Positions 56,801-64,000 of a stretch of 64,000 nt of DNA are shown piece after piece. Position 1 is the first letter of the stretch; every line of letters starts with the position of its first letter. The notes below the pieces were generated by a model that was given only the letters and a program-made list of their open reading frames with translations, did no database searches and had not been told where the DNA came from. The stretch covers positions 32,001 to 96,000 of IMG/VR virus record IMGVR_UViG_3300032275_000001. The stretch is one strand, 5' to 3'. This DNA is from a virus (Duplodnaviria > Caudoviricetes). Made by a program: the position numbers and the translations under genes.

Positions 56801-59669
56801 AGGTAAACTTGGTCAGCATGCTAATAAAACAGATGAAGAACTAATAGAATACCTAAACAATACACCTGATGGTAAAGCTTTGTTACAAGGTATTGGTTTC
56901 CGTATTCCTACACAAGCTCTATCCTCTGTAGAAGCAGTTAGAGTGAAAGGTTTCCTTCCACAATACATGGGATCAACTGTTGTTGTTCCTTCAGAAATCA
57001 CTACTAAAGCAGGATCGGATTTTGATATAGATAAGTTAAACATGTACCTTAAATCTACTTACTTAGATAAGAATGGAGATGTTAGACTAATCAAATACAT
57101 GGGATCAGAAGAAGCTACTAAAGAGTACTATGGTGAACTATTTGATAAAGGATTACTTCTTACTAAACAACAACAACGTGAACTTGAAAGATTTTTAGAA
57201 TCTTCAAAGACCACTCCAGAATTAAATGCTTTATTATATTCTTATACAGAAGGTTCAGTATTTGATAAAGATGATATAACATCAGAATTTCTTTCAGATT
57301 TAGCTAAGCAAGGTATTAAAGAAACTGTTATTGGTGAAATGTATAAAAAATCTTTAGAAAATGAGTACTATGATTCTCTTGAGAAACTTGTTACACTTCC
57401 TGAAAACTTTGATAGACTTATATCACCTATTGATGATGCTGGACTTAAATCATTGTCAACTAAACTGGATGAGTTAAGAGGGTATGATGAGACAACTATT
57501 AAGAATAGAATACTTAATAGAAACTATATGACTACACTTAGAAACTCATTTGTTACTGCTAAGAGGTGGGTAGGTATTGCTGCTGTTAATATTACAAATC
57601 TTTCATTAAAACAAAAGAGTGAAGTGTATATTGATACTAATAAGTTCTATGACTTATCTGAACAAGATAGAAAATTCTTAGGAGATGGAACTATTGCATT
57701 AAAACATAATACAGTGTTAATTGGTGGAATAGAAAAAGTTTCTTTATCCGTAACCACTGTAAAAGATTCTAATGAACTTATATCTAATAGACTATCTGGG
57801 TATGCAACATCTTTTGTGGATGTAGCTAAAGATGATTATATAACAAAGATTATACAATCAGATCTTGTGATTCGTACATTTATGTTCCTTGAGAATATTG
57901 GAACTGGTGAACAAGCAGCCATGTTTTTAAATCAACCTATTATTTCTGAGTATTTAAAATATCTAAACAGCATAAGTGCTAAGAGTTTGTTTAGTCAAAA
58001 AAATATTGTAGTTATGAAAGATAAATTCATCACTACAGGAGACATGTTTAAGAATACAGAATTAGATGTAACTAACCTAGAAGGTAACATAAAAGATTAT
58101 TACACAGGAACTATTTTTAATGCAAAACAAAATGCTAATCAATTACGTATACTTGACGAGTTCTTGAAATATGCTAAGATGGCTGAGTTTAATTTTAAAT
58201 TCACACAAGCTACAAACTATGATACCACTAAGCTAAGAAGTGCTGAAACACTTTCTAAGAAACAATGGAGAACACAAACTGCATTAGATACAAATATAAT
58301 AAGTTCTGTTGATAATATATTGAACTCTACATTCATTGGCCCACAATCTAAATTCTTAGATAAATCTACTGAAGCAATGGGAGCTGTTCTTAAACTTGAT
58401 CAACTTGAGTTTAAAGAAATAACTAACACTGTTCTTAAAAGTTTTGGTGATAATGAGTATTTAGCTAATGATAAGTTTGAAAAGATAGCAGTAGAAATTA
58501 AAGCTGCATTTATTGACTATGTTGTACAGAATGATACTAAATATAGTGATAGAATAAAAGAATTGCTTATAGATGACAACACTTCTGTAGCAGTTAGAAT
58601 GGAGATAGCTAAAAAGACTAATCCAAGTTTACAAATTCTTAAAGAATTACAGGCTGATACAGGAGAAAGACCTGATGGTGTAAAAACTATTAGATTAAAA
58701 ACGAGACCTGAGAATGCTATGGATAAGAATATGTATACAGGAATGATGAGAGAACTTAGAGATACTCCTGCAACAAATCAATTATATAAAGATATTGTAG
58801 AACTATCTATATTACAAGGAACTTATGCTTCTCCATTATCTATTAGAGAGATTATTCCTATAGAAGATTATAGTGCTATAGTTGAACCAATTATTTCTGG
58901 ACTTGTAGCTAATCAAAATCTTGACAAGTTTACTGAAGGATGGTATCAAAGAAACAATTTTAGAAATTCTGATGTTTTTCCTGTTATAGAAAATATTAAA
59001 TTCTTTCAATCATTTACAGAAGAACCTATACATACACCAGAAGGAGATTTATATAAATACTTTTCTTATTCATTTCCAGCAGCAGAAGGTCTTGGTATAA
59101 AATCTGAGGATAGAAAAATTCTTTTTCTTAGTGAGAAATATAACTTTATGGATTTAAAACATGATTATGTTAAAATTCCAAGAGTTGTAGGTGGTATAGA
59201 TATGGTTAATGGTAGAGAAGTTAACTCAGCTGATTATGCTAGACGAAAAGCCAAAGGTGATTATTCATTAAAAGATTATTTTGGATATGCAAAAGTTAAA
59301 AATGATTTTGGTCAACCATTGATTGTATACAATAAAATTAAAAATAAAATAATAGGTCATCATGTATATAAACTTATCAATCTATATGGAGATGGTGATA
59401 GAGCTACAGAGAACTATGAATATTTCAAACCATCAGCAATTGACAATGGTTCAATGAAAATTAGTTTAGAGATCCCTAATGCTGATATTATTAATTATTA
59501 TGGTGCTGGATTAACAAAAGAAGATGTATCTTTACAGACAGAAGATGATAATACAATAACATTGAAAGATGGTAAAGAATATAACAAGTCTGATATCAAT
59601 AGTAATATGCTAGAAGCATTAGGATATAATCCAAAAGAAATAGGTAAAATTTTAAAATCAATATGTTAA
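47880..59669 (+). CDS. giant virion-packaged RNA polymerase polyprotein
   Basis: 3929 aa; RIPTQ and AGSDFDIDKL (57018-57032) catalytic motif characteristic of crAss-like vRNAPs such as phi14:2 gp66; zincin-like segment near 52941. Confidence 0.9.
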   Translation: MPIFDNELIDNTSNRNYEKPKVDLRSIVLPEVDTNPNMGGFESYNQVPAKRGLTVDEISEMSRGVRGSTGWDSPIELVSKGELLSNKRYPMFQRDVDLENIYGLQQSWYSKLGRSLVKTGITAAGTFAQSLTDIPNTVSAIKSGNISKLSGDPNGYEGSIDSWMKNMEDAIPNYMTREEKAHPYLAMIPFAPGSANFWGESVLKNLGFTAGAIAGAALQDVAIGAITGGIGEVPLVANQIGKAALWLNKLAGGTNKIDTVLDLAKGLGKTEQQLLKIEKLGNLAQSTKVLNGARYGVITWGAAQTEAGVESRDGYRHVKEELIKEYKIQNYNEEPSGDALAEIENYATNAMNTRFGINMALLTVSNAVQFGNLFKSFTTAQKGITGTLAKELGTAGKIGLKEGSIDVFEKKAATGLGGRIWDSVKPKLANVLSEGVYEEGGQFAAERGTYDYYTRKYKNLSNPNNKKNWDDLNEITSSTTYGLSEQFNTTEGVNNMIVGGITAMLTGSAQQFYDYKKGNGADKRLDSSINALNRYGLTGILSDKYDNTLSSMAIAKEMQAAADSGNIFKYKNLKHDMFFNYVQSRIPSGMHDVTIEQLNMLKDLNKEDFEKSFGMDFNASNQNTVAGYVDSLIEKANYIKSTTEAIDGTFKNPFAYNVDPKNEEEATESFNHATFENWKKDLTYYGTVKDDVNDRLESIEEKVIASNPLVNNDILAKVTDKDSLTELSRSYEEQANILNGTINENTTTADRKAIREQVKALRTSSEKINLALNNGNLDLKTFNSILNFELNNQDGKKDDVVGFENATELFNYGADINRLNNLKKNSSEIFDNLATEKGFNKYFKQAEDIAKEEVPLEDLEKAETSFTFVNKEKVKEPLQVDREYEIKATKKASIKKLADDRYQVTSPDGTVSFHKTKEEAAEEAKDLTDESTNLSKVKVLALNEDGTVKVEDVNGDILNIDSKRLSGYKKLETDQEKLLKNKEQLTKEQADIENNSGTVVITTDTSFTPMDEAGAIVDANIFFQSGTTESEDYNDPTLSAQHVKNSREFLNNIDLLPNKGSMRAILVTPGQEKLVGLEGLAKLSYGSYDMSNILDVENGFIGQVFIVQEGGKSYFIDKTGTQLGEVGKQLSEEDMKKVIFQTMRTTKTTDSKGNPRFRGKQQELFEAYKKEYIKFREDLIANQDQMPAPFEFTVSRGIPKENTNPDGTKERNHVGGILIGKDKIGSQENLIVIPTTGSIFHNGQSIKFPDGTPVLQYGSTLQFLNNKKFNTKEASTIFQVVKAFAADTLAQSESGAPIRLNRDYSDYLQNVLYWRVGQTKTNNQININTTAMTIQIGGKEYSMSEIANNEKEIVDNLKEAFNAINNTTLTKKFDEEFLEYTLDKNGDLNKEPIEWKNYQTYLLSDKNPDGSARSIDSTPLTTSVAAPTADIPYSFKQRYATIESMGLFISTPTVEAKAAEPSAPGVEKIGEYTIGNDTPNTYKLSGDRPVIFTAEIDENGKVSVQIESNETTKAIATNKTADGKKVVDEVIIPALKTIALENEQEFDLLKTDEEYVFDYLGNTIASDLQNKKDAAVAPEEAPVVEETVVEEAPVVEEEKKEIPTGADRFSGGPANLPGYRAVGADGNERMTDAELQLFKAWHAENVPTIPYEVVDTLITMHNGEKAWGAFEDGVAKFVRGGLRGTEYHEIFEGIYKGMLSPEEQQELLDEFKSNQGVFTDRQSGKKINYADATDLQAKERIADDFADFRKGKLPARSLGEAIRNLFSRILNFFKSFVTNPSLKEDLFRAIDTGKFKERTLSPTVFNEAAEYRAVEGLTEQQTREFVQDMTARAAGILYSEGEKGLLFSPDGITSGSMYSKIKAQYSNEYYANGFSKMELLGDVAWDELKEKTTLSLRTLGISFNEEDKVSINDEEANKNDYAPEPFSTDWKKNSTGAIKFSLATLLEVQATNQENSLSFKLPAPKVSSVVGFKLLNFTRAFATVLDKLSNTTSVTKMVDKLSDLAKDDPNYVRLFQRVGGKLSNRSVPFSDFDATDWRYFIQFTQTFTKQKPDALIQYKEGTETYVAPANLYTAIKQTQNGWMENIKLLSSSDASLISYDKVNKTYQVDTERIQNLPTNFPQDRVKFLEEIGIDFPLEVYNKLKDLEQVSFEKAVSAIKKYLGAEKNIMTVSGKTLGNIGGQFTKLAELYNKVTNPNQESTYSGVEGQKIGAFAENNVPSLFENEFNEANTLDELLEKRPELRDVYSKGSQVLKKGGLFFDAEGKRIKEMKVSYIQGTKLIDDNKGIATTKLTLGERFTQEINQNLDGNYYVLIPADGSTEWMMNLGNTIKLKEIEGGRAWSKINKIFKGYLMDDINLALDADNRKQLRNITDKAKELRFFKDILSEKALADINELISDNATMESFETYISENAEDINNSIKEYIDSTVVETRAILEESKQIRLLKEGVYAYSGLIDAFAKDESFNKLALSDQTVNDILTFANVNYIINNIEYHKVLFGDPYQFAIKKDGSLDETKRIKSFLSPRRTTFDTPEFNTFLNQNLNKIGEINLKPTDPGYQQFKAYTNTVTFKDITTAGSLSNAISAYSKTNEADAMSWLMDGTYREIKLKNGQWSEEAEAWHQWQMAYTRQNYPGYTYTSDNLKRHDAALVKTKEPKHVIEVLKPIVSGNKYGKNNLDLVLDKFSQMPVYYSMVKGTTLEKLYTNMFEAGIGYAIVESGRKVGAEELHSLYNQDGSFNDNAFNNNIQVPWKAYGIQVETATEGTKEQTRGSQLTKLSSMDLFDNGNTIGATPERQEAIRNEYNRNVRILNDLHQHGYNTLLTRLGVVDNGNGFTLKNGKAVSETLMRELLRREASDNTIDTLQLDKETNQFLIPFEASPSYIEIRNVLYSLIDKSIISPKMNGGAHVQVPATMFEQATKGRSLAIKTAEGWKKISKQAYNTLSDADKKNVMLTDDTLKFYTKTDPYCEILLPHWLKGKLGQHANKTDEELIEYLNNTPDGKALLQGIGFRIPTQALSSVEAVRVKGFLPQYMGSTVVVPSEITTKAGSDFDIDKLNMYLKSTYLDKNGDVRLIKYMGSEEATKEYYGELFDKGLLLTKQQQRELERFLESSKTTPELNALLYSYTEGSVFDKDDITSEFLSDLAKQGIKETVIGEMYKKSLENEYYDSLEKLVTLPENFDRLISPIDDAGLKSLSTKLDELRGYDETTIKNRILNRNYMTTLRNSFVTAKRWVGIAAVNITNLSLKQKSEVYIDTNKFYDLSEQDRKFLGDGTIALKHNTVLIGGIEKVSLSVTTVKDSNELISNRLSGYATSFVDVAKDDYITKIIQSDLVIRTFMFLENIGTGEQAAMFLNQPIISEYLKYLNSISAKSLFSQKNIVVMKDKFITTGDMFKNTELDVTNLEGNIKDYYTGTIFNAKQNANQLRILDEFLKYAKMAEFNFKFTQATNYDTTKLRSAETLSKKQWRTQTALDTNIISSVDNILNSTFIGPQSKFLDKSTEAMGAVLKLDQLEFKEITNTVLKSFGDNEYLANDKFEKIAVEIKAAFIDYVVQNDTKYSDRIKELLIDDNTSVAVRMEIAKKTNPSLQILKELQADTGERPDGVKTIRLKTRPENAMDKNMYTGMMRELRDTPATNQLYKDIVELSILQGTYASPLSIREIIPIEDYSAIVEPIISGLVANQNLDKFTEGWYQRNNFRNSDVFPVIENIKFFQSFTEEPIHTPEGDLYKYFSYSFPAAEGLGIKSEDRKILFLSEKYNFMDLKHDYVKIPRVVGGIDMVNGREVNSADYARRKAKGDYSLKDYFGYAKVKNDFGQPLIVYNKIKNKIIGHHVYKLINLYGDGDRATENYEYFKPSAIDNGSMKISLEIPNADIINYYGAGLTKEDVSLQTEDDNTITLKDGKEYNKSDINSNMLEALGYNPKEIGKILKSIC

Positions 59670-59672
59670 GTT

Positions 59673-62600
59673 ATGGCAAATTGTCCAAATAAGAATTTAG
59701 AAGAATGGAAATTACTAGTAGCATCTAGAGGAGAAGATGTAGCTTATTACCTATGGGATAAATATAACACTCGTGTTCCTGAATCAGAAAGTAAAATAGA
59801 AATTGTAAAGACTGGTTTAAAAGCTACAAATATTTTACAATCTCCTAAAGCTGATCAGTTCTTTGGTGCTGTAGCTAAAAACAAAATCTCTGGTGATTTC
59901 TTCTGGAAGAAAATGCAAGCTGATCTTGGTGTTCCTAAAGATCAGTTAGAAATTCTCAAGTCATTTAATACACAAGATAGAGGAGAACTTATTTCTTCTC
60001 TTCTTGCTAATTATAGTTTTGCTATTGAGATTAACACTGCTAAAACTAAAGACACATTAACTTCTTATGAAGAAAGTGGAGGAGTTAGTGCTTTTAAAAG
60101 AGATGGAAAATATTATATGTCTGATCCTGATGTTGGAGAAAGTAATGAAATTACTAAAGAAGCTTATGATCAATGGATAAAAGATAGTAAAACTTTTTTA
60201 GATAAAAATGCTGATTATTATTCTAACCTAACAGTTCCAGGAGGAACTAATTATACAGAGAATGAAATAGCTACACCAGCTATTACACCAAGTATAAAAG
60301 GACATGCTCAGTTTGCTACAGACCAAGGTATAGGTTGGTTTAGAAGTGATGAACAAGCAGTAGTAACTTCTCCTGAAAATGTTGAAGATGATATAGATTT
60401 ATGGACAGCTAAAAAAGTTAATGGTAAAATAATAGTACCTACAAATAAAGCAACTAAAACTCGTAGAATACTAGAAGTACAATCTGATCTTTTTCAGAAA
60501 GGTAGAGATAGAAAAAATTTAACTGGTATTCCTACTAATAGTGTTATTACAGCAGCTCTGTTTGAAAATGAAGAATATAGTTTTGAACTAAATGATTATG
60601 CGTATGATGCAGTTGTAGAAGATATATATTATGAAGAAGAAAATCAAACCGAACCAACTACTGTGTATTATAAAAATGGCATGAGAATTTCTAATAAAGA
60701 AATGGAAATTGCTAAAAAAGAATATGAAAAACAAAATATTCCTCAATCAAAAAATCAATTCTTACAACTATTAAACCAAGGATCTAACTGGGTAACATTC
60801 TTTGTTAAATCTATTATACAAGACAGTGCTAAGAAAGGATATGAGAAAGTGTTATTTCCTTCTGGAGAAACTGCTGCTAAAGTAGAAGGTCATGAAACAT
60901 TAGCTAATCAATTACAAACAATGAATCAAGATTTAGAAAATTTTAAATCTGATTTAGAAATAGAAAAAACAGCCCTTGCTAAATTAGAGTCTTTTAGAAA
61001 ATTAAAAGAAGAAGAACTTTATGAATATAATCTTACAAAAGATTCTTTAGAAAGAGAAATTACAAATGTAGAAGGAAGTATAGTTTCAACTGATACAAAA
61101 ATAAATCAAGTAGAAGCTAAAATTAAAAATTATAAAGATAATGGTATAGGAAAACTTAAACCTATTGAAAACTTCTATGAAAACACTGTAAAGAATGTTC
61201 TTAACAAACAATATGGTAAAGAGAATGTAAAACAAGTTACTGATGAGTATGGTAATACATGGAATGAAATAAACATTGTTCCTGAGAGAGAACAACAACC
61301 TATAATGTTACAAAAGAAAGAAGGACCTATACCAACATCTGCTTCTTCAAAAACTATTGCTGCATTAAAAGATTTCATTAAACGTATTGGTGTAGATATA
61401 AAGAATGTAAAAGACATTGTTATTGATGGTGTAAGACAAGATGCTAATGGTGCTGCATTTATGATGCAAAAGCTTATACAAGTGGTAGAGGGTAAAGAAG
61501 CACAAGCTCTTCCTGAAGAAGCTATGCACTTTGCTATTGAGATAATTGAACAGAAAAATCCTAAACTATTTAATCAATTTCTTAAAGAAATTACTGATTA
61601 CACTATTTATAATGAAGTGTTGAGAGATTACTCAGATGATCCTAAATATCAAACTCCAGAAGGCAAACCAGACATCCGTAAGTTAAAGAAAGAAGCTATT
61701 GGTAAAGTGTTAGCTGAAGTGATAATTAATCAATCTGAGGGCATCAGTGAGCATCCAGAGAAAATAGCTAAAGTTGAAACTTGGTGGTCTAAAATAGTTG
61801 ACTACTTGACAAACTTATTCACTACAAGTGGATTTGATAAAGCTTCTATGGATATACTTTCTGGCAAGAGTATTGGTACAGCTGAAGATATAGTAGATGG
61901 AGGTGTATACTTACAAAAGACAGAACAAACTAAACAAGAACAAATTTATAATTCAATAAAAGAAATAGCTAGTAAGATAAAGAAAGAAGATGATGGTTAT
62001 TCTATAGATGGTAAAAAGATTGGTGAGAGAGTGTCTGATATTGTAGCTAAGTGGTATAAAAGAAGACTTGGAGAAGGATCGTTAACTAATGATGAGTTCA
62101 CTAATACAGTAAATGATCTTAAAGCAACTAAAGGTACAGCAGGACATGCTGATCTTGAACATGCGTTTGAAATATTTGTTGATGAGAATGGAAAATTAAG
62201 AGATGAAATATTAAATGATGATGGATATGTTTCTCAATTAAATCCTAATGATAGGACTATGTATGATATATTGAAGAAGAATCTTCAAGATAGACTTGCT
62301 ACATTCCCTAAAGGAACTATATTCATGTCTGAAGCTACATTGTATGATGCTAAAAGAGATCTTGCTGGTACTGTGGATTTCTTAGCTATTACACCAGAAG
62401 GAAAGGTGAACATTCTTGACTGGAAGTTCATGGATCTTAATACAAATAAGTATGAAGACATCCCTTGGTATAAAATCAATGCATGGAACATTCAGATGGA
62501 ACAATATAAATACATGATTAGTCGTGTATACAATGTTAAGAATGAAAACTTTGAACAAACAAGGATGATTCCTATCAAAGCTGTTTACTCAGAGGCTAAT

Positions 62601-64000
62601 AGAAAAACAGGAGCAATGCCTCAATTGCTAAGTATTAAGATTGGTGATGTAAATGTTAAAAATATACAAGAGGATTATTTAATTCCTGTAGGTCTTGAAG
62701 CTGAAAAAACTGGAAACAAAAAGATTGATGGCTTATTAGAAAAACTAAATGGTATCTATAAAAAACTTTCTGCAGAGAAAGCTCTTCCTTCAGAAAAAAT
62801 AAATAAAGCTGAGCAATTGAATGCTTTGTTTTCTGCTATTAGACAATTGCAAATGAAACAAAACATTGCTCCATTGTTATATCAAGCAAAAATATTAAAC
62901 AAACAAATTGAAGCTACTATAGATATATATAATACTAAATTCAAGGGTCAGGATAAATCTAAATTTACTGAGCCTGAAATTAGTGAATTCTCAAATACAT
63001 TAGAAGTTATACAGCAAGCTTTAGATTCTTATATAAATCTAGATACAGAATTAAAATTCTTATTTCAAGGTGAATTATCTGAAGAAGATAAGAAGTTAAA
63101 AGAAGAACTTAGAGATACAGTTGATAATGCTAGAGAGTACAAGGATCAATTAAAAGATGTTGATATAGAATATATTGAAAATATAGTTGGTGGATCTGCT
63201 ACAGCTGAGAAGATAGTAAAAGGACTAACTAAATGGTTTGGCAACACTGCTACAATTCAATTGAAAGCATTAGATGTGCTATTTAAAAAATCTAATAAAG
63301 CATATGCTTTAGCTGGAATGGATGTTCAAACAGAAGTTAAAAGACTAACTGATATAAAGAGTTCTTTTGAAAAGTGGGCATCAGCCAAAGGACTTAGTGT
63401 TAAAAATCAATTTGATTTACTTAAGAAGAAAGAGTCTAATGAATTAATCGATGAGTTCGATCCTAAGTTCTATTCTACATTAAAAGAAAAGATTAAAGAT
63501 AAAGACATTAGTTGGATCAAAGATAATGTAGATGTAGAAGCATATAGAAAATATCTTGAAGAAAAAAGAGAGGAAGAGTATCAAAGAATTGATGATAAGG
63601 CTGCGTACAGAGTAGGTAGCGAAGAACAAATTAATAAAGATATAGCTAGAGAGAAATCTAAAGTGAGTGATCTTTATAATATTCTATCAGATAAATCTGT
63701 AGGATGGTTACTTGAAAATGATATAAAGAAGTTTCCTAAAAGAGAAACTTGGGAATCTGCTAACTGGAAAGAATTAAATAAACCAGAGAATGCTCCAGCT
63801 AAAGAGTTCTATGATTATATTAAAGAAAGAAATCAATATTACCAAAGTATAGGATATATAAATGCAGCTGATGCTAGAACGTTTCTTCCATGGGTTAGAA
63901 AAAGTTTTACAGAAAAACTTATATTTGGTGGGAATGTTACAATAGGAGAACAGTTCTTAAGAAACATATCTGTTGATGAAGGAGACACAGGATATGGAGC
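59673..64000 (+). CDS. giant multidomain cargo protein, truncated by window edge, with PD-(D/E)xK nuclease-like domain
   Basis: ATG 59673 (MANCPNKN); no stop seen where checked; AGTVDFLAI...ILDWKF near 62364-62429. Confidence 0.8.
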   Translation, partial: MANCPNKNLEEWKLLVASRGEDVAYYLWDKYNTRVPESESKIEIVKTGLKATNILQSPKADQFFGAVAKNKISGDFFWKKMQADLGVPKDQLEILKSFNTQDRGELISSLLANYSFAIEINTAKTKDTLTSYEESGGVSAFKRDGKYYMSDPDVGESNEITKEAYDQWIKDSKTFLDKNADYYSNLTVPGGTNYTENEIATPAITPSIKGHAQFATDQGIGWFRSDEQAVVTSPENVEDDIDLWTAKKVNGKIIVPTNKATKTRRILEVQSDLFQKGRDRKNLTGIPTNSVITAALFENEEYSFELNDYAYDAVVEDIYYEEENQTEPTTVYYKNGMRISNKEMEIAKKEYEKQNIPQSKNQFLQLLNQGSNWVTFFVKSIIQDSAKKGYEKVLFPSGETAAKVEGHETLANQLQTMNQDLENFKSDLEIEKTALAKLESFRKLKEEELYEYNLTKDSLEREITNVEGSIVSTDTKINQVEAKIKNYKDNGIGKLKPIENFYENTVKNVLNKQYGKENVKQVTDEYGNTWNEINIVPEREQQPIMLQKKEGPIPTSASSKTIAALKDFIKRIGVDIKNVKDIVIDGVRQDANGAAFMMQKLIQVVEGKEAQALPEEAMHFAIEIIEQKNPKLFNQFLKEITDYTIYNEVLRDYSDDPKYQTPEGKPDIRKLKKEAIGKVLAEVIINQSEGISEHPEKIAKVETWWSKIVDYLTNLFTTSGFDKASMDILSGKSIGTAEDIVDGGVYLQKTEQTKQEQIYNSIKEIASKIKKEDDGYSIDGKKIGERVSDIVAKWYKRRLGEGSLTNDEFTNTVNDLKATKGTAGHADLEHAFEIFVDENGKLRDEILNDDGYVSQLNPNDRTMYDILKKNLQDRLATFPKGTIFMSEATLYDAKRDLAGTVDFLAITPEGKVNILDWKFMDLNTNKYEDIPWYKINAWNIQMEQYKYMISRVYNVKNENFEQTRMIPIKAVYSEANRKTGAMPQLLSIKIGDVNVKNIQEDYLIPVGLEAEKTGNKKIDGLLEKLNGIYKKLSAEKALPSEKINKAEQLNALFSAIRQLQMKQNIAPLLYQAKILNKQIEATIDIYNTKFKGQDKSKFTEPEISEFSNTLEVIQQALDSYINLDTELKFLFQGELSEEDKKLKEELRDTVDNAREYKDQLKDVDIEYIENIVGGSATAEKIVKGLTKWFGNTATIQLKALDVLFKKSNKAYALAGMDVQTEVKRLTDIKSSFEKWASAKGLSVKNQFDLLKKKESNELIDEFDPKFYSTLKEKIKDKDISWIKDNVDVEAYRKYLEEKREEEYQRIDDKAAYRVGSEEQINKDIAREKSKVSDLYNILSDKSVGWLLENDIKKFPKRETWESANWKELNKPENAPAKEFYDYIKERNQYYQSIGYINAADARTFLPWVRKSFTEKLIFGGNVTIGEQFLRNISVDEGDTGYG

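Noticed and set aside
7504-62491. Many short minus-strand or alternate-frame ORFs nested in the large structural genes
   Set aside because: Shadow ORFs of strongly biased coding sequence, with no leaders or motifs
1-64000. Genome-wide TAG or TGA reassignment, as in some crAss-like phages
   Set aside because: ORFs of 1759 and 3929 codons are open in code 11, and TAG ends several genes normally (5421, 8652, 30275); only one in-frame TAG case was found
1-64000. CRISPR array, diversity-generating retroelement or invertible cassette
   Set aside because: No regularly spaced repeats, reverse transcriptase, template/variable repeat pair or recombinase seen in this window

Overview
AT-rich 64 kb piece of a crAss-like (Crassvirales-type, Bacteroidota-infecting) phage genome read in standard code 11. 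Positions 1-7065 hold small leftward accessory genes and a dense cassette of structured non-coding sequence (about 1450-3270). That cassette includes a phage tmRNA with an unusually long 39-codon tag and is interrupted by an antisense HNH gene. After a strand switch near 7.1-7.4 kb comes the rightward virion module: HTH and IHF-like genes, TerL, portal, scaffold-like protein, major capsid protein, a degenerate tRNA-fMet, ring/auxiliary capsid/fibre genes built from poly-Thr-linked Cys-bracketed modules, a muzzle/tail-stabilisation protein, and cargo proteins. The cargo set includes a 3929-aa virion RNA polymerase (DFDID motif) and a further giant ORF that runs off the window. The most unusual signals are (i) the ncRNA cassette and long-tag tmRNA, (ii) homing-endonuclease-type inserts that supply a recoded copy of the host gene's C-terminus and carry the old terminus on their own ORF, (iii) poly-Thr-delimited modules shared between structural proteins, (iv) an in-frame amber codon splitting a fibre gene, and (v) an anti-Shine-Dalgarno-like loop behind the capsid gene. 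Product calls come from motif recognition and gene order only; no database searches were run.
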